DNA of 47,829 bases, taken from the NCBI RefSeq assembly GCF_006345805.1, contig NW_021834562.1, positions 1-47,829 of the forward strand, read 5' to 3'. The translations under genes were made by a program, and so were the position numbers. The DNA is from Octopus sinensis. Lineage: Eukaryota. The notes under the pieces are model-generated. The model was not told where the DNA came from. It made no database searches and saw only the letters and a program-made list of their open reading frames with translations. Numbering within the stretch: the first letter of the stretch is position 1; the number at the start of each line of letters is the position of its first letter. This document shows, one piece after another, positions 11,857-23,618 of this stretch.

Positions 11857-11926
11857 TGATGGGTATACTGAGTTTCGTATATTTTACCCCAGTGTCACTT
11901 TAATCGCATGCACTGCTTTCTCACTC

Positions 11927-11960
<34 letters not shown>

Positions 11961-12753
11961 TAATAATAATAATAATAATGCGAAGTAATTAGGTTAACGA
12001 TATTCTTCATAGCTGTTGTAGCTAAACAATCGCTTCGATAAAACGGTTCGTATTTTTCTATTATATATAGTGAGACAAGTTTAATTACTGTTTGATATGT
12101 CTGTACAACATATACCTGCCTAAAGGAAAAATGATTACAGGTGATAGAGTAATCAGTACTATTCAATTTAAACAATTTATCGCTGAAATTTAGGTAAAAA
12201 TAACGTGATTTTGCCGGTGACTCTGATCTGGATGAAACAACATAATATATTTTGATTAAGCATAGAAATTTATATAATTCCTTTTACGAATTTCCGCCTG
12301 AAAGTTCGTTTAAGTGTGTTGCTAGAAGACTAGTTATTCACTTGACGGCACGACATTGCCAAGGAAAACAAGTAAATGAGCAATAACAACCAGCAAATTC
12401 TATGATCAAATTAATTTAAACTAAAAAATCAATTTTCACTTAAACCTTTGTATAACACAGTCAAAGATAATAGCGAAAATCGAGAATGAACACAAAGCGG
12501 CTGTGCACGCAACCATACATTCTTATTTGCATTAATTCTCATTGAACAATTCACAGGGATATACTTGGAGTGACGAGCCAGTCAGAAATATTCTCGAAAG
12601 CGCTGAAAACAACAGCCTTTAATATATAAACAGGCTAAAATATATTGCTCACCGTTGTGATGTATCCACTTGTGGCCTACTCTCCAGATTTCACAACAAT
12701 ATTTCTGTATTTGAGGTCATGGGCCGTATGCTAATATCATCAGTTTCCAAATT

Positions 12754-12795
<42 letters not shown>

Positions 12796-12802
12796 CACAC
12801 AC

Positions 12803-12835
<33 letters not shown>

Positions 12836-12879
12836 TCACACACGCATACACACGCACATAAACACACATGTTCAGATTT

Positions 12880-13030
12880 ATAGAAAAATAACAAACGAAG
12901 GCAGGTGTAGGAACAAGCAAGTATTAGTTTCACGCTCAGGAAAAATGTAAAAGTCTTTTACGTTTCGAGCCTACGCTCTTTGACAAAAAGGACTAACATG
13001 TAATAGAGTAAATGAAACAGAAATTTGCGT
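12880..13030 (-). mobile_element. Short HHR-bearing element, decayed HHR at 12955-12990
   Basis: CUUU-UUGUCAA-a-GAGC-GUAG-GCUC-GAAAC-GUA-AAAG. Homologous to 5340-5505. Confidence 0.65.
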
Positions 13031-13039
13031 GTGTGTATG

Positions 13040-13085
<46 letters not shown>

Positions 13086-13089
13086 TATT

Positions 13090-13225
13090 TTTAATAAGCT
13101 TAATACGTATAAGCGATCACCGTGCATAATCTAATATTGGGGCATATAAGCCCTCGATAGAAAAAGGTCGGGTTTGCCGTACGCATGGAACTTGAAGCCA
13201 GACCTATATGTATTCGCGAAAATAT
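13090..13225 (-). mobile_element. Second copy of the 9545-9712 element
   Basis: Reverse-complement similarity. Confidence 0.65.
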
Positions 13226-13322
13226 ATCTACACATACGCACACACAAAACACACACACACACATACACACACACACACACACACAGAGACACACACAAAC
13301 ACACATATACATATTATACATA

Positions 13323-13502
13323 TATCTGTAAATTTAATATATGACAATTATTCGCTAGCGTGGATTTCCACCTCAGCATCAGAAACTCAGTTTTATCTTG
13401 GCTACCGAATAATTGTCACATATTACATTTACAGATAAATTCCTGTATTTAAATAATATCGGGGTCTCTTTCTTTCTTTTGTTATCTTACCGTTTTTGCC
13501 AT
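13323..13502 (+). mobile_element. HHR-in-hairpin element, copy lacking the 5' half of the ribozyme
   Basis: 32-bp inverted repeat 13323-13354/13406-13437 (30/32) enclosing gcgtggatttcca...gcatcagaaactc-agttttatc. Homologous to 16210-16397. Confidence 0.75.
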
Positions 13503-13529
13503 AGTATATATATATTTTTTTCACGTTTC

Positions 13530-13869
13530 GTGAAGGCGCATGGCTGACTGGTTAGAGCGTCGAGCTTACGATCCTGAGGTTGTGAGTTCGAATCCCAGGC
13601 CGGGATGCGTGTTGTGTTCTTGAGCAAGACATTTTATTTCACGTTGCTCCAGTTCACTCAGCTGTAGAAATGAGTAGCGACGTCACAGGTGCCAAGCTGT
13701 ATCGACCTTTGTCTTTCCCTTGGATAACACTGGTGGAGTGGAGAGAGAAGGCCGTTATGCATGGGCGACTGCTGGTCTTCCATAAACAACCTTGCCCGGA
13801 CTTGTGCCTGGGAGGGTAACTTTCTAGGTGCAATGCCATGGTCAGTCATGACCGAAGGGGGTCTTAGCA
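13530..13869 (+). mobile_element. SINE family C, full length, 10-bp TSD
   Basis: tRNA-like head (tggctgactggttagagcg...gagttcgaatccc), gttgtgttcttgagcaagac central motif. TTCACGTTTC at 13520-13529 and 13870-13879, inside a family B tail. Confidence 0.9.
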
Positions 13870-13929
13870 TTCACGTTTCAGTCATTTGACTGTAGCCATG
13901 TTGGAACACCGTCTTTAGTCACTTCTATT

Positions 13930-14238
13930 ACTACACCATCACTGCTACTACTACTACTACTCCCACCACTACTACTACTAATCCTACTACTACTACCACC
14001 ACCACCATCACTGCTACTACAACTACTATTCTTACCACTACTACTACTACTACCACCACCACCATCACTACTACTACTACTACTACTACTACTGCTGCTA
14101 CTAGTACTACTACCACCACCACCACCACCACCATCACTACTACTATCACCACCGCCATCACTACTACTACTACTACTAATACTACTACCACCACCGCCAT
14201 CACTACTACTATTACTACTGCTGCTCCTACTATTACTG

Positions 14239-14272
<34 letters not shown>

Positions 14273-14275
14273 AAC
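13930..14275. repeat. (CTA)/(CAC) compound trinucleotide repeat
   Basis: Directly visible. Confidence 0.95.
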
Positions 14276-14766
14276 TAATTGAACAGCAATATCAACAACA
14301 ACGCTGAAGGATCTTCTTAGACGTAGCAAAGAGTGGAGAGCGAACCGGATGTAACATCCGATTGGATCAGATTCAGTATCGCAATGCTTGTCCGTCCAAA
14401 ACGTTAGGCGCTGCAGCACGACAAAGTACGAAGCAATTATTCCTGGTTCTTCCAGTTATTCCCGAAGATTTTAATCGATTTTCATTAAGTGTTGACTAGA
14501 ACTGCCCAACCAAAACTAAAAAATTCGACAACAAAAGCAAACCAACAAAATAGGAAACAAGGGAAAAAAACCATCACAGACTAAAATAGCCCCGGATTGT
14601 AAAAGTCTCCTTTTTTTTTTACTTTTTATTTAATTATTTCTTTTATTTAATTATTTCTTTCTTTTTTGGGATACTTATTTATTTTTTGAATGGATCAATA
14701 CTTGTTTTTATCAACAGATCGATCTGTGAATTAGATAAAGAAAATGAGAGAAGAATTGAGACAGAA

Positions 14767-14807
<41 letters not shown>

Positions 14808-14955
14808 GGGAGAGGGTGAGACAGAGAGAGAGAGAGGGAGAGAGAGAGAGAGAGGGAGTGATATGTAGACAAAGACATCGTGTCGGTATCCGATGGTGAC
14901 TCACTTTTATAAATATATAGATCCTAGATCCTTAGAAAGGTCCCTTGAACTTTGT

Positions 14956-14965
14956 ATTATTGTTA

Positions 14966-14996
<31 letters not shown>

Positions 14997-15001
14997 TATC
15001 A

Positions 15002-15032
<31 letters not shown>

Positions 15033-15266
15033 CATTATTATTGGTGGTGGTGCTGGTAGTGGTGCTGTTGTTGTTTTGTTCATTTTATTGTCATCACTAT
15101 CACCCTCATTATCATCATCATCATCACCACCACCATCACCATCATCATCGTCGTCATCGTCATCATCGTCATTATTATTGCTCTTGTTGCTACTACCACT
15201 ACTACTACTACTACTACTATCACCACCACCACCACCACCACCACTACCGTCAATAATAATAATAAC

Positions 15267-15309
<43 letters not shown>

Positions 15310-15350
15310 TAATAACAACAACAACAACAACAATAACGATAACAATAATC
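14956..15350. repeat. Compound trinucleotide repeat (ATT/GGT/CAT/CTA/CAC/AAT/CAA)
   Basis: Directly visible. Confidence 0.95.
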
Positions 15351-15861
15351 AGAAGAAGAAAAAAGAAGAGAAAATAGAAAAAAAAACAGCAAAAGTGGGA
15401 TCGATGGAAATAATTATCTGCGCATGTGTTGTGAAGATTAGCTGAAGAATACTACTGAAAATGGGAGGTAACTATAGATTTTATTTTCATCATCATCATC
15501 ATCACCATTATTATCACCATCATCATTATGGTGTTGTTGTTGCTATTGTTGTTTTCGTTATTGTTTTGGTCTATTGCTCTATTCCTTGGTGAATTACCAG
15601 GAGACAAGAAATTCAGTTATGTGCTGAAAATTATTTACCCCCCCCCCCCCACCCCGACCCACGCCTCGTCACACCGCCACCTACCGATAGGTTATTTACA
15701 TTAATTCAAAGCCTTTTCTATATTCTGCACAAACAGGACAAACACATACATACGCACACACCACACACACACGCTTACATACAATATACACATACGTACA
15801 TACATGTACACATACATGCATATACACAAAGATTCATATATATACATACATATATATATAT

Positions 15862-15894
<33 letters not shown>

Positions 15895-16150
15895 CGCACT
15901 AACGGAAGGGTATGTTCAAATATAGATGAATAATTGATTGAAATGAATAGACGTTCAGAGAAAATGTAATACAATGTATGGTTGGATGGATGGATAGATG
16001 GTTGGATGGATGGATAGGTGTGTATGTTTGCGTATTCGTATGTGTAAGTGTATGTCGGGTATATATATCTATTTATATATATATGTGTGTGTGTGAGAGT
16101 ATAATATTGAAATAATCGAAAGCACAAACATATATATGTATATATATATA

Positions 16151-16188
<38 letters not shown>

Positions 16189-16209
16189 TATATATATATA
16201 TATATATAT

Positions 16210-16397
16210 TGATAAAAATGGTAAGACAACAAAAGAAAGAAAGAGACCTCGATATTATGTAAATAGAGGAATTTCAATTACTCGGTAACCATGATAAAAC
16301 TCCGAGTTTCGGATGCCGAGTTGGAAATCCACGCCGCCATCTCTTCAGTTATCCGCCTCGACATCCGAATAATTGTCACATATTACATTTACAGATA
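16210..16397 (-). mobile_element. HHR-in-hairpin element between (TA)n tracts
   Basis: Homologous to 13323-13502 in opposite orientation. 16366-16397 is identical to 13406-13437. Confidence 0.75.
16293..16353 (-). ncRNA. Type I hammerhead ribozyme, canonical core
   Basis: GAUAA-CUGAAGA-GAUG...UGGA-uu-UCCA...CAUCc-GAAA-CUCGGAG-UU-UUAUC. 5-bp helix I, long interrupted helix II, GUU triplet. Confidence 0.8.
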
Positions 16398-16723
16398 TAT
16401 ATATATATGCTCAGGCACACACAGGTTATTCTTATGTGGCTCAGAGGGGTACGGAACTAGCATGATGCGGCGTGGGTAAAACACCATATGATGTCGGGAT
16501 CCGCCGCTGATATTGGGGTTTGCATTCTATGCCTTAACCCGAGCATAGAACGGGGCTCAACCCTTTGAGCCTGGAGAGGAATAGAATGACTGGTGTGTGT
16601 CTTTTTGTGGCTACCCCCTTCCTATAATAAAAGATGGTTAATTGGCCTGGGTATATGTATATGCAAGTGTTTATACATACTATTTCCCACTTTCCTGCAG
16701 CCTTTTTCTGTTTGCTTTTTTTT

Positions 16724-16763
16724 TTATCTTGATGAAGGACACTAAGTTCGAAACGTCAATGAC
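16724..16763 (+). ncRNA. Decayed minimal hammerhead-like motif
   Basis: UUGAUGA-a-GGAC-ACUAA-GUUC-GAAAC-GUC. C3U core, helix I poorly paired. Confidence 0.55.
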
Positions 16764-16863
16764 ATTTTTCCTTTTGCGATTCAAGCACAAGACTATAAAA
16801 ACTTGTGAAACCTAGCTCCACTGTGTTCTTTTTTGTCTCTCTTCACTGTAAATATAGATAGAT

Positions 16864-16985
16864 ATTGGCCTGCTCGCTTAGCCAGCGGGGTAGCGTCATT
16901 CGAAGGCTAAAACAATGCGAACGCATTGTGACCAGCGATGTGTAGCAACATCTGATAGCCTGGTCGGTCACGTGATCACGTGATA
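16864..16985 (+). mobile_element. Probable 5'-truncated SINE/LINE 3' tail
   Basis: GC-rich tail with hairpin ACAATGCG-aa-CGCATTGT, ending in tandem TCACGTGA repeats. Resembles an octopus SINE tail from memory. Confidence 0.55.
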
Positions 16986-17058
16986 GATAGATATGAGCAC
17001 GCATATACCTACATATGTTCATATACATGTACAATGTCTTTATCCAACCCTGTATGTA

Positions 17059-17239
17059 TTCTTTTATTTGTTTCAGTCATTTGACTGCGGTCATGCTGGA
17101 GTACCACCTGTAGTGGAACAAATCGCCCCTAGAACTTATTCTTTGTAATCCCAGTGCTTATTCTATCGGTCCTTTTGCCGAATCGCTAAGTTATGGGGAC
17201 GTAAAGACACTAGCACCAGTTGTCAAACTGTTTGATATA

Positions 17240-17298
<59 letters not shown>

Positions 17299-17453
17299 AT
17301 ATATATATATATATATATATACGACGGGCTTCTTTCAGTTTCCATCTACAAAATCCACTCACAAGGCTTTGGGCGGCCCAAGTTGGCACGCAGTGGGACT
17401 GAACCCGGAACCATGTAGTTGTTAAGCAAGCTACTTACCACTCAGCCACTCCC
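17059..17453 (-). mobile_element. SINE family B, near full length
   Basis: Reverse complement of 7218-7768 with small deletions. Confidence 0.9.
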
Positions 17454-17539
17454 ATATATATATATAATTATATATATAATTATATATATAAATAAACACA
17501 CACACACACATACACACACACACACACACAAATAATAAA

Positions 17540-17682
17540 TGCCATGGGTTCGAATCTAGAAATTTCCCCTCCCAAGCACAAATCTGGGCAAGGTTGTTTC
17601 TGGACGATCATCAGTTTGCCATGCATTCCAGGTTCCCCTCTCCACGTCACCGATGTTATCCAAAGGAAAATTAAAGGCCCAT
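17540..17682 (-). mobile_element. SINE family C, 3' fragment
   Basis: Reverse-complement similarity to 13700-13845. Confidence 0.75.
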
Positions 17683-18272
17683 ACTTTTAACAAAAAAATT
17701 TAAAAAATGGAGTCGTAGTTGCGTTTGCCCCCCCCCCCTTAGTCTCCCGGCAACCAATATTTTTGGAACCAGTCCGCCACTTATTATAAACATATTTAAT
17801 ACAATATTTGTTGCTTGCTCGTGTATTATATGCGGAAATTATAACGAATGCAAGAAAGACCCCTTTTTAAATATATATTATTCCCTCTCCGTTAAGAAGC
17901 TTGGTGAAAGATAACGTCAGTTTAAGTAGTCTGGCCGGTCCCGAGGTATCTGAGTTGAGAGAAAATATTTTGTATTCTCGACATGTCGAATTTTAAATTA
18001 GGTATTTATCATATATGGTCTACAGAGAGCTGCTGGACTTGGAGACTTTTATATAAAGTGAGCTGTCACAAATTAAATTAAGATAGATCGTGAATTAATC
18101 TTTTAAAGAATATGGCAGTCTTCGTTTCTCTGTAACAACATTTACACAAAGTAGTCTTCTTTCAGAGAAATTTGTACTCGTATAGTAATATAGAAAGTGT
18201 TTTAAATCAGTCGAGTAGTTATTATATGTGGCGTATTAGACTTATATGTGGCGTGTATGTGCGTGCGTGTGA

Positions 18273-18572
18273 AGAGCTTCTTTTAGTTTCCCTCTACCAA
18301 ATCCACGCACAAGGCTTTTGTTTGCTCGGGGCTATACTAGAAGACACTTGCCCAAGTGAGATTGAACCGGGAACTTTGCGGCTGGGAAGCAAGTTTCTTA
18401 TTTCTTTATTGCCCACAAGGGGCTAAACATAGAGGGGACAAACAAGGACAGACAAAGAGATTAAGTCGATTACCAGTTCATAACTGATACTTATTTAATC
18501 GAGCCCGAAAGGATGAAAGGTATAGTTGACCTCGGCGGAATTTAAACTCAGAACGTAACGGCAGACGAAATG
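18273..18572 (-). mobile_element. SINE family B head fragment abutting a family A copy
   Basis: gaagacacttgcccaag (B), then tttctttattgcccacaagggg...gcagacgaaat (A). Confidence 0.8.
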
Positions 18573-19361
18573 TTTTGCGTGGTGTATCTACGTTTCATAT
18601 GATACACAGATAGCTACTTTAATCTAGCACTGCTTCTGCTGCACATAACGGATTAGCATTCATTTCTTTATTTGATATAATCACTATCATATTTGAAATA
18701 TTAAAACTGTAATTATTCTATTTACGTTGCTTTACTTAATATCAACCACAGAGTCACATGCATAACTCTCACATTACCCGCCACACTATAGTAATTAAGT
18801 AAATAAATAAATAAACATCTATAGCTGTTTGGAGAAGGTATATGTGCTAATCAAGATATATTGTTAATAAAAATATATCAAAACAGGGGATACTCATTTC
18901 ATACAACTAAATTCGAGTTTGAGGGCCTAATTTTTCAGTGAAAGTATATAAGAAATATTGATAATATTGTCTGTATACAGTAACTCACATTTACTTTATG
19001 TCACTTAAATTACTTTATCCATTAATTTTATAATGGATTTTACGATCAATAGTGCCGTTGGTTAGAGAAGTAAATACGCGGATAGGAATAAACACCTATT
19101 GAGAATTTGAATAGGTACTCTAATAATTATAAGGAACCTAAATATAAAGACGGGGAGGTGCTTTTACGTCAAAGTTTGAGTTGCTGGAAAAAATAACGAC
19201 CTAATTTCTCTCAAATAGAAAGTATTGTATTGTAAAAAGAAGGATACGTTTGTTGCTATATAACTAGATACATTAAATATTCTTGAACAAGTGATCAAAA
19301 TTTTGCTGAATTAAGACTAATCCAAAATGTAACGTAGAATAACAACAACATCAACTGTGTG

Positions 19362-19467
19362 TGGAGGCGCAATGACCCAGTGGTTAGGGCAGCGGACTCG
19401 CGGTCGTTAGAACGCGATTTCGATACCTAGACCGGGCATTGTGAGTATTTAGTGAGCAAAAACACCT
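19362..19467 (+). mobile_element. SINE family D, tRNA-like head only
   Basis: ggaggcgcaatgacccagtggttagggcagcggactcgcgg, matching 44695 onward. Confidence 0.8.
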
Positions 19468-19512
19468 AATCGAACTCATAGCCATGCGACTTCACTGTAC
19501 AATATTTAAATA

Positions 19513-19687
19513 GACGTAGGATTAGTTGTGTGGTAAGTAACCTCCTTACAAACCACATGGTTCCGGGTTCATTCCCACTGCGTAGTACGTTGGGCAAGTG
19601 TCGTCTACTATAGCCTCGCGCCGACCAAAGCCTTGTGAGTGGAATAGGTAGACAGAAATTGAAAGAAGCGCGTCGTATGTATGTATG

Positions 19688-19721
<34 letters not shown>

Positions 19722-19999
19722 TGTATGTATGTATGTATGTATGTATGCATGTATGTATGTATGTATGTATGTGTGTATGTGTGTATATGTTTGTGTGTCT
19801 GTGTTTGTCCCCCAACATCGCTTGACAACCAGTGCTGGTGTGTTTACGTCCCCGTAACTTAGCGGTTCGGCAAAAGAGACCGATAGAATAAGTACTAGGC
19901 TTACAAAGAATAAGTCCTGGGATCGATTTGCTCTACTAAAGGCGGTGCTCCAGCATAGCCGCAGTCAAATGACTGAAACAAGTAAAAGAGTAAAAGAGT
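19513..19999 (+). mobile_element. SINE family B, full length, internal (TATG)n
   Basis: Colinear with 7218-7768. Confidence 0.9.
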
Positions 20000-20007
20000 A
20001 TATACAT

Positions 20008-20330
20008 GAAGGTGCGTGGTTCAGCGTTTAGTGTATTCGGCTCACGACCGTAAGGTCGTAAGTCCTATTTCCTGGAAGCACGTTGTGTCACTGTGAAAGA
20101 CATTTTATTTTATTCTATTTTACGTGGCTCCAAAACACTCAACTGGTAAAATAAAGTAATACCTGTAAATCAAAAGGACCAGCCTTTACATATTCTATGT
20201 CATTCTGGATCCCCATGAAAATTATGTTAAGGGTAAGCGCGCCTGCGGTGTTCCGAACCGTTAATTTCACGAGCAGGGTGTTACGTTGGCTGGATCAACC
20301 GGAACCCTTGTCTAACCGATGGAGTGCCTG
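20008..20330 (+). mobile_element. Degraded SINE with family C-like head and family D-like tail
   Basis: gaaggtgcgtggttcag head; gttaatttcacgagcagg...ggaaccct...taaccgatggagtg tail as in 44990-45065. Confidence 0.7.
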
Positions 20331-20394
20331 TTATATATAATAATATACAGGTAGGGCTTAAGAGTACTAAAAATACATAAATGTAGTAAAATAT

Positions 20395-20640
20395 GTATTT
20401 CTTTATTGCCCACAAGGAGCTAAACATAGAGGGGACAATCAATGACAGACAAAGGGATTAAGTCGATTACATCGACTCCAGTGCGTAACTGGTATTTATT
20501 TATCGACCCCGAAAGGATGAAAGGCAAAGTCGACCTCGGCGGAATTTGAACCCAGAACGTAATGACGGGTGGCGAAATAACGCAGAAATACGGCTACGCA
20601 TTTCGCCTGGCGTGCAAACGATTCTGCCAGCTCGCCACTT
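20395..20640 (-). mobile_element. SINE family A flanked by a 136-bp direct duplication
   Basis: 20257-20392 repeated at 20642-20777. Confidence 0.9.
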
Positions 20641-21595
20641 GACCGTTAATTTCACGAGCAGGGTGTTACGTTGACTGGATCAACTGGAACCCTTGTCTAA
20701 CCGACGGAGCACCAGTTATATATAATACTATACAGGTAGCGGTTAAGAGTACTAAAAATACGTAAATGTAGTAAAATTATAAGAGCGTGTGATACAGCGC
20801 AACGATGATAGCAATGGCTGACGAACGCTGTTATTTTTTCAGCAACGCCTTTTATACAGATTGATTACAATGCATTGGATGACATCTTTATAAGAGACAC
20901 TTATATATGACAATTGTCAGGCAGATGATAATAAAAATTGTCCTACTGTATAAAGAAGAATTATCTTCGATTTCTGGCTTATAAGAAAAAATATTAACCG
21001 TTTCCAATCTATGATTCTTTAGCAGTCTTGTACTCGCTGCTAAAATATCTCTCAACATATATCGATTCCCAAACAATAGCTCCAATCGTATTGTACCGTC
21101 GGCTTCCATTTTCTGGTCGTTTCCTTTTGTACTAATTTCTGTTTTATTTTATTTATTAGTTTCCTTTTGCTGTTAGCTTCTGGAAAATATCAATGCTTAT
21201 TTGTATTTGAGGGAAAACGTTGATAAATCTCTATTTTATAACTTTTGTATTCTTTGAAATGAGATGAATTTTTTCCCATCTAGGTGGACATTCTTTCAAG
21301 AAAGAATTGGATTGTTCAGTTTTATCATTCCTTGTTATATTGTCACTACCCTATCCTTTTGTAAAGTTTCTGTCCTGACGTCATCGTAAACCTTCTGTCA
21401 TAACAATGAGACTTCACTGGCGTGACTATTTCGTTTCTTAGAAATTTGCTTAGTAAACTATACTGATTAATACAAAGCTATTTCTCCAACGAAACCTTAC
21501 CTCAACTATATCGAATTATTGTAATTGCAGTTGCTAGGGCTGCGGTTGTTCTTGAAACTCAATGAGTTGCGGTACCGTCTGCAAGTTAACTGCGT

Positions 21596-21643
21596 TGCCT
21601 CTCACTGATGAAGTGTTGACACGCAGAAACATGTTGATTGGCA
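21596..21643 (+). ncRNA. Hammerhead-like motif, intact core boxes, defective cleavage-site register
   Basis: UGCC-uc-UCA-CUGAUGA-a-GUGU-ug-ACAC-gca-GAAAC-AU-GU-UGA-uu-GGCA. Confidence 0.5.
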
Positions 21644-22221
21644 GTTCGGTGACGTCACGCTATAAGGAAAAATTTTTAACATAAAAAGGATGAATCTGCA
21701 ACGGGGGAGACCTGAATGTTATGACAAAATAGCCAGGTCAGAGCATTATAAACAAACAGCATATGTCAACATGAATACATAAGTATATGTGCATGAATAC
21801 ATAAGGTAGTGCTCCAATATGGCCGCAGTCAAATCACTGAAAGAAGTAAAAGAAGAAAAGAATACATTTTAAGCTTCCTAATTTAAGGTTCAGAGGGTGA
21901 GCTGGCATTGTTAGCACATCGAACAGAAACCTCGAATCTGCTACACTCTATATAAATTCCCTACTGGGAATGACCAACTTTAAGACAATCTTACATTGCT
22001 TATAAGCTTTACATCTGGATGGACTCATATTAAACTTTGTTGGACTTTTGGATTTTACTCAAAGGATATTGGAATATTACACATATATACCATTATGCCT
22101 ATAAAACGGATTTATGAACTCAATAACCATACATATCTTACATCTATTTTCTTTCCTCCACCTCACTCTCTATTTTGCATCACATCGAAAATAATTATGA
22201 CTTAATTTTTCCTCTCACACC

Positions 22222-22276
22222 GTCTCCGATGAAGAGATATTATTATTAATTAATATCCTTGAAACAGCTGTAAGAC
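22222..22276 (+). ncRNA. Type I hammerhead ribozyme, U4C variant
   Basis: GUCU-CCGAUGA-AGAGAUAUUA...UAAUAUCCUU-GAAAC-AGCU-GUA-AGAC. Palindromic ACAGCUGU helix III, U-rich tail to (TA)n at about 22345. Confidence 0.75.
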
Positions 22277-22949
22277 CTTTTATCTATAAATGCTCTAATA
22301 TCTATACAGCCTTGTTTTTTTTATCTCATTACGCAAAAAATTCATATATATATATACATATATACATGTGCATGATGTATGTGTGTATATCTATATATAT
22401 AAACATATATATAAATATGTGTGTGTTAACCGGGTTTAATTGATACTCGACTCCCACCTCTCAGTCAATCATTTTCATTGGTAGTTATTACAATATGTTA
22501 TTTGTTCTGTCAGTCATTTTTGCTGAATCACTAAATTATGGGGACATAAACACACGAACACCAGTTTTCAAGCCGTAATGGGTGACAAACACAGATGCAA
22601 AAAAACACACACGCACACATGCACACACGTATCTACTACTATAGATAATAATCTACAGTAGTAGATATGAAAGTAAATAGCTATTAAATTGATTGCTTCG
22701 CATACTAATTAAACTTTTATACGTCTAGTACTCTTCAATAACAGAGATAAGATTAATAGCAGTCACATGGCAGCCATTTGTAACGGTTTATTCAACGGTA
22801 AATGTTGTTCGAAAGGGCAAAAAATGTGAGGATTTTCTGAAGACCGACGAGACGAAACGGGTCAATGATAAAGTAAATAAGGAACTAAGCAAATAAGTGG
22901 AATGTACTTAAGATTTCTCACGTAGTATTTAACTATATTTAATGAATAA

Positions 22950-23210
22950 CTATGTATCTATGTATAGGTGTATGCATATTTATGTACGTGTATAACACAT
23001 ATACAAACAAACACACAGATGTATCACTACTTATTCATATTGAAGTACACACAGAGAGCGCGCCCCCCATTTATAAGCATATGTGTGTGTGTGTATATGA
23101 ATATATATATATATATATATATATACTGAAGTACATACACACACATACTCATATATATAAACCTGTATCTGTTTGCGTGTGCGTCGGGCAACACTATACA
23201 TACATGTATG

Positions 23211-23244
<34 letters not shown>

Positions 23245-23582
23245 ATATTATACATATACATGTACGTATATATATATATATATATATATATGCGTGTGTG
23301 TGTGTGTGTACATATATTTATATATGAATATATATATGAACACGTATATATGTATAATGTATACATACATGTATATGTATGTATAGATATATGCATGTAT
23401 ATATATATACACACACATGATGTGTGTATATATATATATATATAAACATATGTATATATGTGTATATATACGTGTACTAATATAATTGAATGTATGTATA
23501 AGAATATGCATAAACATAGATATCTGTATGCGTTTGTGTGTGTGTGCATGCGTATGCGCACGTATATATATTGAGACAGAAT

Positions 23583-23618
<36 letters not shown>

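Noticed and set aside
12690-12750. Minus-strand CUGAUGA...GAAA
   Set aside because: No helix I pairing and poor helix II register.
13530-13605. tRNA gene candidates (also 19362, 43250, 44695)
   Set aside because: They are tRNA-derived SINE heads continuing into SINE bodies, some with TSDs.
17585-17620. Minus-strand CUGAUGA-ucgucca-GAAAC
   Set aside because: Chance product of a diverged family C SINE; no helices.
22837-22866. CUGAAGA...GAAAC-GG-GUC
   Set aside because: Core boxes are present but helix II does not pair and helix I is only 2 bp; not counted.
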